Source of the DNA: Octopus sinensis
Lineage: Eukaryota
Assembly: GCF_006345805.1 (NCBI RefSeq)
Contig: NC_043014.1
Span: 33,542,001 to 33,606,000, forward strand
Direction: 5' to 3'
Length of the DNA stretch: 64,000 nt
Positions 48,722-63,746 of the stretch are shown here, piece after piece. A program made the position numbers and the translations under genes. The notes under the pieces were generated by a model. It saw nothing but the letters and a program-made list of their open reading frames with translations. It ran no database searches and had not been told where the DNA came from. Within the stretch, counting starts at the first letter, position 1; every line of letters starts with the position of its first letter.

Positions 48722-48764
48722 CCACTACAATCGTTTCTTGTCTTGATCGACAATCTTCAGGTGG
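48722..48764 (-). ncRNA. Minimal type I hammerhead ribozyme, core intact
   Basis: ccac-CTGAAGA-ttgtc(gatcaa)gacaa-GAAA-cgattg-TA-gtgg: 4-bp stem I, 5-bp stem II, near-palindromic stem III, GUA cleavage triplet. Confidence 0.75.
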
Positions 48765-49077
48765 ACTTCCAATAAGTCAGTTTCAAATTATATGTATATG
48801 TATATGTATATGTATGTATGTGTGTGTATATATTTGTGTGTGTGTGTTTGTCCCCCCAACATCGCTTGACAACCGGTGCTGGTGTGTTTACGTCCCTCGT
48901 AACTTAGCGGTTCGGCAAAAGAGCCCGATAGAATAAGTGCTATGCTTACAAAGAACAAGTCCCGGGGTCGATTTGCTCGATCGGCTAAAGGCGGTGCTCC
49001 AGCATGGCCACGGTCGAATGACTGAAACAAGTAAAAGAGAGTAAAAAGAGCGAGAGTAACTGTATCACTTCCAGACA

Positions 49078-49448
49078 TCTCTCTATATATAAACGGCAGT
49101 TTGTCTGTGTGTGTTTCTGTGTGTCTGTTAGGTTGTACCCTCACCCTGACCACGGCTTTCAACCGATTCTGATGAAACTTGACACACACATAGCCCAATG
49201 TCATAATTCAAAACTAACGCAGCGAAAATTTTGAAAAGTTCCCCCAGTTCTGAAAAAAATCGATAAATTCGACATGGGGTCGAGAATCAGAAACACAAAC
49301 CACAGACTGTCTAGGGGACGCAACTCGACCTTTTTAACTAAAGAAAAATTTACCATAATTTTTTTTCCATTTTTTGGCTATAACTCTCTAAAAATGCTTT
49401 ATAGTTATTTCCCTTACAAACCCGAGCAACGCCGGGCGATACTGCTAG
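49078..49448 (+). mobile_element. Non-autonomous Helitron
   Basis: a|tctctctatatataaacggcag...cccgagcaacgccgggcgatactgctag|t. Confidence 0.88.
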
Positions 49449-50429
49449 TTCTTTCTACAACCTATTACGTAATCACTTTGGCTTGTCTTAATAATTCATA
49501 TCTCACGCTGCTTCTCGCACCAATCACTTCTGTCTCGACCCCCACCTCCTTCTCCAGCAATCCATACTTCACTCTCTACATCTCTCATTTATTGCTATCA
49601 CTTCCTCGGCTTCGGCTTCTTCCTGTCTCCACCTTTTAACTTTTTACCATTCAGTCAAAGCACTTTTGTTTGAAATTTGAGACTTTCTCTCCTTACAACA
49701 ATCAAATTTACCAATTACCAATGTTTACCGAACCACTTGACTTCGTCTCTAATATTTCTAATGGGATTAATGTTTTTTTTCTGCTTTTTTTTTCTTTTTT
49801 AGGTTTTGTCTCACTCTCATAAATTCAAAACAGAAACAACTGTATCACTCCGAACATGAATATGATAAAACAGTATCCATATCTATAGCAGTGAATTTGT
49901 GTGCTAAAAATTGCTCGCCAAGTTATTATATCTCTTCTGGAATTTAGCAGAGCAAGACATATAATTATATTTGAAGGTATGTGTAGATAAATTAAATACG
50001 AAAAGCAAATCGATCAAAATAGCAAATGTTAACCTGTGTTTATCCTACAAGACTCAGACTAACACCCGATATTTAACCAACTAAGAGAAACACCGCTCTT
50101 TGTGTTTGGGGTCACCCGATGGGTGGTGTTTTTCCGAATTTATGTACCGAATTTATTTCATTTTACTTAACTTAAATATTTATTAATTATATAAACTTGA
50201 TATAAAGGTCTTACATGTAGTACAAAAATATCAATTTCACTTCCCTTATTAAACTAAATATACGTCACTTAAAATAATTGCTTAATTAGAATTTTACTAA
50301 AGACCTTATAGTGTTACAAACTTTTTTTTTTTAATTTCATTTTATTTCATCTACCACAAGTGCAAGATCACAACCGCCACCAACACTACAAGCACCACCT
50401 GTACTACAAGTACTACCACCGCTACCAAC

Positions 50430-50577
50430 ACCATCATCATCATAATCATCATCATCGTCACCATCACCATCACCACCAACACCACCACCATCATCACCGT
50501 CATCATCATCATCGACGTCGTCGTCACCACTAGCATCACCATCACCATCACCACCACCACCACCACCATCATCATCG

Positions 50578-50610
<33 letters not shown>

Positions 50611-50899
50611 ATCATCATCATCATCGTCATCATCATCGTCATCATCATCACCGTCACCACCACCATCACTATCACGACCACCACCACCATCATCATCATC
50701 GTCATCATCATCGTCATCATCATCGTCGTCATCATCATCATCATCATCGTCACCACCACCATCACCATCACGACCACCACCACCATCATCATTATCCTCA
50801 TCATCATCGTCATCGTCATCATCATCATCATCCTCATCATCATCGTCACCACCACCACCACCATCACCACCACCACCACCATCATCATCATCATATCAT

Positions 50900-50930
<31 letters not shown>
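50430..50930. repeat. (ATC)n/(ACC)n simple repeat
   Basis: Direct reading; explains the poly-Met/Asp ORFs. Confidence 0.92.
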
Positions 50931-53039
50931 AATAGAGATTGGTGTTGAATAGGAGTATAAACTCTAGGAGTCGCTTTTACTCCCTGCCTTCTTCAACGTC
51001 TCCTTGATATCCGCCCGCTTTATAGATTGCTTTATTCTTCGTAAAATTGCTGATCGTTACATCTACACTCGTTATTTCAGATGCATTATTAAGGGTGTTA
51101 TGCTCGCCAATGTCAAGAAATGTAGCTACGCTGTTAGGGGCCTTCTTTCCTAAGGAATTTACATCTTTCATTTCCTTTATTAAATTTAAACCCTACAAGT
51201 CCCCGTCTCACTCTTAGTAACCAAAGCCACACGAGGTAAGCACTTGTAGAAAAATCCTATTTTACCCGCATTATAAATCGTGGGGAGAGGCAGTGCTGTT
51301 CACGGTCATAAGGTCATGGTTTCGATTCCCGGCGGTACGCTGTACCCTTCAGCAAGACACTTTATTTCGCGGTTCTTCAGTCTACTAAGTTGACAAAAAT
51401 AAGTACTATAAGTAGTACCTGTGTTACGCTGAATCTCCCTGAGAACTACGAACCCTTTAGCATTCAAATTATTCTGTCAAATGCAATGCTTATTCATTCA
51501 TACAGTCTTGAATTAATCGTCCTTAATCTCGTAGCTTTGAGATTTCAATGATATAATTGCATAATTTTAGAATGATGTTTAGGGTTGGTATGAGAGGTCA
51601 GATCTCGCTAGTTTGAATACAGAACAGGTAAAATATTTGAACCAGGTATGGCCGGTTTAAATACTAAAAGCTTAAGGGTACGCGTGCCTGTGGAAGTGCT
51701 AAGTCACTTGCACGTTAATTTCACGAGCCGGCTTTTCCGTCGACCGGCTCAACTGGAACCCTTGTCTTCGTAACCGATGAAGGAGCTAAAATCATTTTTT
51801 AAGTCAAGTAATCACATATGTAACTGTATTTTCCGAGAATATGAGTTTCCGCCGATTAATTTTCGCCAGACAAATTAAGTTTACAATTGAAAACACGCAA
51901 ACCCTCATCATACCCATATTTCCGTGAAACTGCTTGGCCTTTTCAGTGACCAGCGGCTCTAAAGGGAGATTACCTCCAACTCGCTTTATTTACTCAACCA
52001 CGTAAACACTACAGCTAGTTCCGAATGTTTAAAAGAATTTTTTTCTTTAAATTATTATTCGCACACCAACATCTTTACTTTTCTTTGAATCAGGCATAAA
52101 ATACATTAGCCAGATCTTTTAATTCTTAATGTCCCGAATCGTTGAGGAACATGTGTACTTCATGATAACGTTCCACTTTACATATTTTTTTCAAATATTG
52201 TATTGTTTCAGTTCTTATTCAATGCTAGAAAACTCACTGTTTTCACACTTTCTCAACTTGTTGCTCCTATAAAGCCACATACACAAAAGATTAGAGCATA
52301 TGTATATAAGTAAGGGCAGATACAAAACATATAGTCACTGGCTACTGTCCTTTTCAACTCGGACGTATAAAATGGAAGAATGGCTTTAGTGATCACTAAC
52401 GGCATTTAGCAAAAATAAATATAATGAATAAATAGATAGTAACATAAAAATAAGAAGAAATTTTTAAATTATGGGGCGTAACAAAACGTATACATAATCA
52501 GATCTGCCAGACTATTGGATATTGGATGAAGTTGAAGTGTTGTAGTCAACGAATGATGTTTCTCTTGTGGCCCGGCATGCGGGGGTAGTGAAGAAGCTGA
52601 AAGAATTCCAAAGCTGCTATTCGTCTTAGGGAAGTGTATTTTGAAAATATCTCCCGTATAAATCAAAGTGAAAATACTAAGAACATCTTAAATCCGATTT
52701 AAGGCGATACTGATATAAATGTCTTGGGTTAATACAACTTCGCAGCAACCAATATCGTCGCAGGATTTGCTGTCAGAACACAAAGAGCGAAAACAAATAC
52801 CACAAGGCGTTTTTTTTTTTCGATTCTTTAACATTTTCGCCAATCCACCGTCCTGGTTGGGCGCTTTTTTTATCGACTTCGAAAGGATAAAAAGCAAAGT
52901 TGATCTCTGCCGGATCTGAACTCAGGGCGTAAACAGATGGAACAAAAACTCGAGGCAGTCTATCCATTGCTCTAACGATACATCATTTTTGATCTCTTTA
53001 ATTCCTTTGACTCTTTGTAGATCATAGGACACCAACAAG

Positions 53040-53535
53040 AGACATCCGTCATTCTCGATCTTTGGCAATGGATTGCAGTTGTTACCTGGTGTAACCGTCT
53101 GCCAGTTCATTAGTTTCTGTGGACCTTCTCCATGTTGATTTTGGTCTACCACGCTTCCGTCTTCCTTTAAGTTTCCATCAGAGGGTTTGCTTTGTAATGT
53201 TGGAAACAGGTATCCATAGGGTGTCTCACTAACCCCATTTCCCTTTCTTGATCTGGATTTCGATTGGCTGCCTGTCCCCCTGTACTCACAAGCCTTTGTT
53301 TGTAAATCTGTCTAACCATCTCACCCAAACGATGTTCTGGAGACATCTATTCATAAAAGTTTATAGTTTGTCGATGGAGGACTTTATAACTCGCCATGGT
53401 TCTCACGGGCATCCAGCAAAAACGTCTTCAATATTTGTATTAAAGATTTTAGCAAGGTCTGCGATATCTAAAATAATTTCAAACATCCTGAAGGCAACTG
53501 TATCGTTTCCAGTCCTTGTTTTTATGTCCTGATCT
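53040..53535 (-). mobile_element. Degraded RTE-type LINE C-terminal fragment
   Basis: EPWRVIKSSIDKL*TFMNRCLQNIVWVRWLDRFTNKGL...QPIEIQIKKGKWG. Confidence 0.75.
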
Positions 53536-53562
53536 GTCTACCCTTACATATTCGTATTTTTG

Positions 53563-54972
<1,410 letters not shown>

Positions 54973-56057
54973 AGTCTGACTGTCTGTCTGTCTGTCTATA
55001 TGTCTGTCTGCCTATCTATCTCGCTTAGAGAGGCAAGTCTTGTCTAGCGGATGTTTCAAAAAAAGATGAGTGAATGTAGCAAGGATGGCACGTATGAATG
55101 ACGAAGCCACATTGAGTATGATCCTACGAACCCGGAAAAATTTAAAACAGAGAGTTACTTATTTGCAAATAGATGTGTTAACATGTGACATTATTGACCG
55201 AGGTTACCGTGGTCTTTTCCGTAGGCTTTTCTTTCCACGGATAAACCTTATCTGCTTTCCCCTTTACACTTTACATCATGACAATTCCGTGATACACGAT
55301 CCCTATTGATCGTTTTTTTCTTTCCTTTTTACGATCCCTTTTGATCGAAAACCTACCCCACTATTTTTTTTCTCCCCAAAAAGAAAAGCTCTACCTTGTA
55401 ATTTGTCCCGTCTATGTTCAGCCCTGTGTGGCTAATAAAGAAACATATCAGTCTGACTGTCTGTCTATATGTCTGTCTGCCTATCTATCTCGCTATCTAT
55501 CTGTTTATTTGCCTATATCCATATGTATGTGTGCGTCTGTATAGGTCTGAATTCATATATGTTTACGTATATATTACGTACCCTTTTATTTTAAATTTTA
55601 CACATTTTCTCATTTGCTTTTTACAGTTGGTTTGGAGCAACAGATTTCCGAAATCGATAACGGAGGTTTCTAGACATTCACAGTCCCATTTCCAAGAATT
55701 GAGTTCACATATATCACACCCATTGAGACTTACATCAATAGAAATTATATTTATAGAAAATATAAAGTATAAAAATTATCATAAACATTATTAAAAGAAG
55801 TCCGGCTCTAATGGTCAGAAGAGAATGACCAAATCTGGCAATAAGCATAAAGTCAACTCACGATTTCTGTGCAATGTAAGTTGGCATTAACAATCTCCTG
55901 TAATAACCACTTACAAGATTAAACTGATACTGTCTAGAAATGTTGACACACCTAAGAACTTTATTGTTCCAAATTAGTCGAAAAGGTCTGACATAGAAAT
56001 ATTTAAAAAAAGAGTCATGTTTTTAATGATATCTACAATAAACACATGTATACATGT

Positions 56058-56175
56058 AATAATACTAATAATAATACTAATAATAATACTAATAATAATA
56101 CTAATAATAATACTAATAATAATACTAATAATAATACTAATAATAATACTAATAATAATACTAATAATAATAATA
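56058..56175. repeat. 12-bp tandem repeat (ataatactaata)n abutting a SINE tail
   Basis: About 9 copies. Confidence 0.88.
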
Positions 56176-56177
56176 AT

Positions 56178-57060
56178 CCTTTCTACTATAAGCACAAGGC
56201 CTGAAATTTATGAGGGGGGGGGGACTAGTCGATTACATTGACCCCAGTGTTTCACTGGTACTTAATTTATCGAGCCCGAAAGGATAAAAAGCAAAGTCGA
56301 CCTCGGCGGCATTTGAACTCAGAACGTAAAGTCGGATGAAATACCGCTAAGCATTTTGTCCGGCGTGCTAACGATTCTGCCAGCTCGCCGTAATAATAAT
56401 GGGTTTCAAGTTTTGGCACAGGGCCAGCAAATTTGGTGGGAGGGGTAAGTCGATTACGTCGACCCCAGGTTGAAAGGCCAAGTCAATTATATCTACTTCG
56501 AAAGGATGACAGGCAAAGTGAACCTTGGCAGAATTTGAACTCAGAACGTAAGGACGGAAGAAATGTCGCTAAGTATTTTGTCCGGCGTGCTAACAATTCT
56601 ACCAGTTCGCCACCTTATATGATAGAAGCGAACAGAATATTGCAGAAGCGAACAAGACGGTGAGCTGTCAGGATCGTAACCGCGCCGGACAAAATGTTTA
56701 GCGGCATTTCTTCCGGTTCGTTTTATTTAAAGTTCAAATGCCGCGGAGGATGACTTTGCTTTTCATCCATTTCGTGGTCGATAAAATAATACCAGTTGAT
56801 TACTGAGGGTCAATGTAATCGACTAGCTTCGTCCCCAAAATTTCAGGTCTTGTTCCGATCGTAGAAAGAATATAACAGAGAAGAATAAGGTGGCGAGTTG
56901 GTACAATCATTACCGTGCCGAACAAAATGCCTAACAGTATTTCTTCCGGCTCTTTACTTTCAAAGTTCAGATGCCGTGGAGGATGACTTTGCCTTTCATC
57001 TTTTCGAGGTTGGTAAAATAAGTACCAGTTGAGCACTGGGGTCAATATAGTAAAATTCCA
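56178..57060. mobile_element. Four family-B SINEs: two on minus, then two on plus
   Basis: 56178-56390(-), 56400-56600(-), 56660-56870(+), 56890-57060(+). Confidence 0.8.
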
Positions 57061-57368
57061 TTCCCCTTAAGGTTGTGCCAGCTGAGAAAGAAATATTACT
57101 GACGCGAGTAGACAAAACTAAGGATTTAGAGCGATCTGTCGAATTATTATGGCAGTTAAAGAATTCTTTAATCTTTTTTACTTGTTTCAGTCATTTGACT
57201 GCTGCCTTGAAAATTTTAGTCGAACAAAACGACCCCAGAACATTATTTTTTAAAGCCTATCAGTATCTTTTGCCGAACCGCTAGTTTACGGGAACGTAAA
57301 CACACCAACACTAACACTCACACTTAAGTACATACATACATACATAATACATACATTCATACATACAT

Positions 57369-58115
57369 ATATGGTTGTCAAATATGAAATTTGTAGTAAG
57401 GTATATGGTAAATTTTGACAGCTGTTAATTTGGCGCCATTATTATATTTTTATAATCTGTATTTTTTGTTAGATAGCTGGCACATCTATTTCTTTATTCT
57501 AATTCTTTTTGCGCTTTACAAAGTATTTATATATCGTTTTTTACTATTTTTGTTTAGAGATGGATAAGTCGGAAATTCGTACAGTTTTGAAATATGAGAT
57601 CCTTCTTGAAAATACAGCATCACAGACAGCTCGGAATATTAATGGAATGTTTTATTCTAACGTTATTACACAGAAGACAGTATCAAATTGGTTTGCAAAA
57701 TTTTGTTCTGGTAACTTTGACCTTACAAATGAGCAACGCGGTCGACCAGAAACAAAGGTGGATAATGACGAACTGAAAGCCACCGTCGAGTCAGATCCAT
57801 CTCAAAGTGTCCGTGAATTATCGTTGTTGTTTGGTGTTAGCAAGTAAAAAATATTGACGCACCTAGTTCAAATCGGTAAAGTGAAAAAGTTGGATAAGTG
57901 GTCTACATGAACTCAATGAAAATCAGAAACAGCAACGTTTGGAAGCCTGCATTATGCAACTTTCCCATCACAAAAATGAATTGTTTTCTAATCAAATTGT
58001 AACATGTGAGGAGAAATGGATCCAATACAACAACCGTAAGCATTCAGCACAATGGTTGGACAAAGACGAGCCACCAAAACATAGTCCAAAAAGCAAAATT
58101 CATCAAAAGAAGCTG
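57369..58115 (+). mobile_element. 5' half of a mariner element (TIR-like end + broken transposase)
   Basis: ATG 57560 MDKSEIRTVLKYE...WFAKFCSGNFDLTNEQRGRP...KKLDKW..HEL...IVTCEEKWIQYNNRK. Confidence 0.9.
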
Positions 58116-58983
58116 ATAGAAAGAATATAACAGAGAAGTATATATATATATATATATCGAGAGAGGGGGGAGAGAGAAGAAGAAGAAGAAGAAGAAGAAG
58201 AAGAAGAAGAAAAGCAAGAAGAAAAGAAGCAACACGGTAAAAATAACACATTCGGAAGATGTTGCTGTTATTCTTCTTCTTCTTCTTCTTCTTCTTTTCG
58301 AGACATGACAAAATGAAAGGCACGCGCGAAGAATTTGATCGCTTGGTTTGTGGTCAGCTGTTTGACACATCATCACCACTTCAGTTCAGCACTGGTGACC
58401 ATCAAACAAGGGAGAGAACAAACGGAGGAGGGATGGCGCTCTCAGTGTGTATATGGATGTACCTGTATGCGAGTGTGTGTGTATGTGTGTGTGTGTGTGT
58501 AACATGTTGAAGAGATTTCTATATTTTTTTTTTGTACTTGTTTCAGTCATTTGACTGCGGCCATGCTGGAGCACCGCCTTTAGAGTGGTGAAAGAGTACA
58601 GCAGGGATCACCACCATCCCCTGCCGGAGCCTCGTGGAGCTTTTAGGTGTTTTCGCTCAATAAACACACACAACGCCCGGTCTGGGAATCGAAACCGAGA
58701 TCCTACGACCGCAAGTCTGCTGCCCTAACCACTGGGCCATTGCGCCTCCACAAGTCTTTAAAAACAATAAAACAATACTGAGCCACAAGCTAAGAAACAA
58801 AATGCCTATCAATGTTTAACTACGTCTCTTTACGTTCCATGTTCAAATCACATCAAGACCAAATTTGTCTCTAATCCTTCTGGGGTTAATGAAATTTGTC
58901 TCTAATCCTTCTGGGGTAAATTGAAAAATTAACGAATATGTTTTCCTATAAAAATTTGAGGCCTTGTATCTATGTTAAAAATA

Positions 58984-59362
58984 GTGGAGGCGCAATGGCC
59001 CAGTGGTTAGGGCAACGGACTCGCGGTCGTAGGATCGCGGTTTCGATTCCCAGACCGGGCGCTGTGATGTTTATTGAGCGAAAACAACTAAAGTTCCATG
59101 AGGCTCCGGCAGGGGATGGTGGTGATCTCTGCTGTACTCTTTCACCACAACTTTCTCTTACTTCCTGTTTCTGTTGTACCTGTATTTCAAAGGGCCGGCC
59201 TTGTCACTCTCTGTGTCACGCTGAATCTCCCTGAGAATTACGTTAAGGGTACACGTGTCTGTGGAGTGCTCAGCCACTTACACGTTAATTTCACGAGCAG
59301 GCTGTTCCGTTGATCGGATCAACCGGAACCCTCGTCGTCGTAACCGACGGGGTGCTTCCATC
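58984..59362 (+). mobile_element. SINE family A (tail type 1)
   Basis: 12-bp TSD atgttaaaaata. A partial inverted copy lies at 58584-58750. Confidence 0.9.
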
Positions 59363-59599
59363 CATGTTAAAAATAATAATATTATTGTTATACTTCGGGA
59401 TGGTCATATTCTGCCAATTCAACACAAGCACTATTTATTTGATCTTCACTTGAGTTTTATACGTACTATTTTTTTTCTTAGTTTATTTGGGACAGAGAAT
59501 CGTTGAAGAGGTCACGGAATGTGTAATGAAAGAGCTTTGGATGGACAAATATACAAAAACAAAAAATTGTAATAATAAAACTAACGATAAACGTCGCCC

Positions 59600-59900
59600 T
59601 TTTCAAGCCTAGCCAAGCTCATGGGCCCGGTTTCCCGGTTTCTGTGGCGTATGTGCTCCCCCCAGCTGGACGGGACGCCAGTCCATCGCAGCGTTACTCA
59701 AGAAACGGGAAGAGAGAGTGAGAGAAAGTTGTGGCGAAAGAGTACAACAGGGGTCGCCACCACCCCCTGCCGAAGCCTCGTGGAGCTTTTTTTAGGTGTT
59801 TTCGCTCAATAAACACACACAACGCCCGGTCTGGGAATCGAAACCGCAAGCCTTTGACCACGAGTCCGCTACCCTAACCACTGGGCAATTGCGTCTCCAC
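59600..59900 (-). mobile_element. SINE family A (tail type 4)
   Basis: Family A head and body with tail ...ctgcgatggactggcgtcccgtccagctgggg.... Confidence 0.85.
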
Positions 59901-60934
59901 GATAATAAAACTAAAGTATAGATCAAAGAAATAGTGCATGTGTTTAATCGGCAAAAGATGACCAACTCCAAATAAACTAGAGTCTGTGTTCAAATGTTGC
60001 TGAGGTCAACTTTGCATGTTATCCTTCCAGGGGGTAAAATGGTGTACCAGTCAATTACCGGAATAGACGTAGCAGAGATTTCCTCTCAAAAATTTCATTA
60101 GTTTCTGGTTTCAAGTTCCGTCGAAGTCAACTTTGCCTTTCACCGTTTCGGTGTCGTTAAAATAAAAGACCTTCAAGTATTAAGGTCAATGTAATAAACT
60201 TCCCCTCTCCTCAAAATTGCTGGCCTTGTACTTATGTTAGAAGGAATTATTATTATTGAAATTGTTTTCATTGTTTATCGCCGAACCTGAATGTTTTTGA
60301 AGCTCCTTGGCGTTGTGCTTAGTTATCTTTTAAGAATCCTGTTCTTTGTTGATTTTTAATCTTCTTTTCCTTAGTTGATTAGAAATATTAGGTGTTTGAT
60401 AAACCGTTTTTCTTATTCTTCTTGTAGAGTAAGTTTTTAAAAGAAAAAAAGGGTATAAAACAGAAAATAATTCAAAATAGCGTCGTCTCAGTCGTTTAAA
60501 CAGCAAGAGAAGGTAGTTTTTGGAGGTGAAACTGTCTTTCGCAGCCATCTCCTACCATATAATATTGTAGTCGTAGAAGCAATGACAACCTGTACCAGAA
60601 GCAGCGACAGCAGAAACAACAAGAACAATGACAACAACTATTAAAAGCAACAATGGCAAAAATAGTAGTGGCAAAAATAGTAGTGGCAGAAAGAACAACG
60701 GCAATAGTAGCGGCAGCAACAATAATGACATGTCAACGAAAGTAGCTTGTTGAATTACCAGCAGCTGCAAATTATGTATTGCTACGACGATCTTCACACG
60801 TTACGATTTAAGTAACGTTATGATATAAGCAACGTTATGATATAAATATATTGATCATGCGACGTTATGATATAAATAAACCAATTATGACTTTACATCA
60901 AAACAGTCCGATTGTGACGTTACCTAAAAAGTAA

Positions 60935-61324
60935 TCTCTCTATATATATAAAACTGAAGTTGTCTGTGTATGGCAGGTTCGGTAGCCTTCAACTAACACT
61001 ATCTCCTCCGAGACCCTGCGGCACAAGTTGACCAAAATTGAGAGTATGATAGAAGAAGACTTGTTCTTCCTTCCGTAGAAGAAAAAATTCAAATCGGACC
61101 ATGTTAACACCAAACATTATTTACATCAAAAAGGTGCTTTTTTTCTATGAAAATCCCTATATTTTACGATTTTTTGACTGCTGTGTCGTCATTTTTCGGT
61201 GTATTTCAGTCAGAAAAATGTTCACTTAAAGAGAATAATAAGCTACATAATGCAAAATTTTTACTTTTCAAAAATTCCAATTCTAAAGGGTCGAAAAGAA
61301 AACAAACCCGAGCAACGCTGCTAG
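60935..61324 (+). mobile_element. Non-autonomous Helitron with the 3' hairpin partly deleted
   Basis: Matches 42520-42916; ends cgagcaacgctgctag|t. Confidence 0.85.
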
Positions 61325-61819
61325 TCGTAAAAATATTCAATCATTACGTTGAATCAAAATTGATCTTATGGTGCAGTTATGTCAAAAATAGCTATATTGT
61401 ATGTAATATTATACTACCAACAGTTTTATTGTGATGCTATGATATAAATAATCTTTTGGTAACACCCTTTTGTGATCATATTTCTGTTGAAAATACTTCC
61501 TTGTTTCAAGTAATTTTGAAAATAATAAAGAATTCAGTAAAATAACTTCGTCATTATTTAGCTGGTGTTTGGAGCATATATTAACATGAAATTTCGATAG
61601 AAGATTTTAATTCAACCCGTTAAGGGCGGCAACAGGCGGTTTGGTATCAAAATGGTTAAATTAGAAGTTGTCATACTGTCATATTAGGTGATAACCAGCA
61701 TAACTGGTATGTAAGTGGTCCTTTTGTAATGCCATGAATGGACGTATTTCGACGCTATAATCATATCGAGATGATACGTAAAAGAGTCCAATTAATACAA
61801 CCTATATTTGTATACAACG

Positions 61820-61866
<47 letters not shown>

Positions 61867-62154
61867 TCTCTACCTACCTCCCTCCCTCTCTCTCTCTCAC
61901 GTACATACAAATTCAGAAAAAAATACACCTATATTTCATACAATTTTCTAATAGATATCTTAACATTTCTTAGAAAAAAAACCTGTTTCATTTTCAGTCA
62001 AATTCAAATCATGTAACCAGCAACTCAATCAAATACATCCTGGATTGTTTTTAACGAATGGCTTGTAATCACTTAACTTTTTATTTATATATCTAATTCA
62101 TTGAAACCAAGCTACATTACTTTAATTTTACTTCCAATATATTTTAATACTTTT

Positions 62155-62264
<110 letters not shown>

Positions 62265-62298
62265 AAAGGTGTGTATATACGTACATATATATATAATA

Positions 62299-62343
<45 letters not shown>

Positions 62344-62391
62344 TGAATATATGTACACACACACACAAACATACATTATATACATACTATA

Positions 62392-62870
62392 TTGGGTCAT
62401 CCCATAAATAATGCGGTTTTTTCAATTGCACGAACTAAAAGTCGGATGGGGACGGGATAAACTACCTGCATCAACTTGCTATAAAAGCAGGTACTTATTC
62501 TTAGTGCAAGTTTCGAAGAATGCAGTTCGATTTTAACAGTTATTTTTTCAAAGCTATAATGGAAGTGACAAAGGAGCATATTCGGCATATTTTGCTTTGT
62601 GAGTTCAATAAAGGGAACAACACAACGGAAACTGCGAGGAATATTAATGCAGTATATGGGGATCGAACACTAAGCGTAAGCTAGTGTCAACAGTGGTTCC
62701 AGAAATTCCGAGCTGGAAACTACAGCCTAGAAGGCGATCCTCGTCCTGGAAGATCTGTAGAGCTTGACGAGGACGTCCTGCAAACCCTGGTGAGACAAAA
62801 TCCATCGTAATTGTTGAGGAACTATCAGAGAAGCTTGGATTTGGTCATTCAAACAGTCATTCAAGTCAGC
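62392..62870 (+). mobile_element. 5' part of a mariner element
   Basis: TA|ttgggtcatcccataaataatgcggtttt TIR; ATG 62559 MEVTKEHIRHILLCEFNKG...TARNINAVYGD...WFQKFRAGNYSLEGDPRPGRS. Confidence 0.9.
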
Positions 62871-62959
62871 GCTAGAAGAAAAACGACCATCTTTGGTTTC
62901 AAGACGAATGGTGTTCTTCCATCAGGATATATATCCATCTATCCATGTCTGTCTATTTA

Positions 62960-63025
<66 letters not shown>

Positions 63026-63194
63026 ACAAATGTGTGTCTATGAATATATACATACATAAACATATGTATATATTCTTCTTCTTCTTATCATCATCATCAT
63101 CATCATCATCATCTCATCATCATCATCATCATCCTCATCCTCATCATCATCATTATCATCATTATTATTATTATTATCATTATTATTATTATTA

Positions 63195-63712
63195 TTGAGA
63201 GAGCATTGCATGCCATCAAAGTGACAGTGGGGGTAAATATAAGAAACCCATTAAACCCTACCCGTCTGATAAAGGGTTACCAGGCACAGGCATCACGACC
63301 ATATGTGTGCGACATGATCTCATATCAAGATAAACAGCGCATGACCTAACAAGTGGGGCCGAGTTCGAATTTTTTTCACGTCGAGTAGTCTATCCTTCTC
63401 AAAAGATCCCTGAATAAGGGTTGTTTAAGGATGTTGAGCGAAACAACCATGTTTCCAAAGGGGAATTAGCCAAACCCCAAAGAATCCCTCCCCAGTACTT
63501 CTGCTCGTGATCAGAGATGCACATATCGTCAGCCACTAAGGGACATGGTCAAATGGTTAAGGTCAAACAACTGACAAGCAAATTTGTGGTATTGAGCAGA
63601 ATATTTGCTGTAGCCCATCTTTTATACCAAGACAAAACAATGTACATGATAACACTTCCAATCAGTTAAGGTCAGAAGCCACAAGAGTCACTGTCAGGTA
63701 CTGCATCAGGGC
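63195..63712 (-). mobile_element. Dispersed repeat, probably a retroelement 5' region
   Basis: Recognised from memory as a common octopus repeat (tgccctgatgcagtacc...cttaactgattggaagtg); no second copy in this window. Confidence 0.4.
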
Positions 63713-63715
63713 AAA

Positions 63716-63746
<31 letters not shown>

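Noticed and set aside
55066-55190. MSECSKDGTYE*RSHIEYDPTNPEKFKTESYLFANRC with an in-frame TGA (possible selenocysteine)
   Set aside because: No recognisable selenoprotein motif or SECIS, and no splice support.
63640-63712. HDV-like ribozyme at the 5' end of the minus-strand repeat
   Set aside because: I could not build the P1/P2/P3 double pseudoknot from the sequence.
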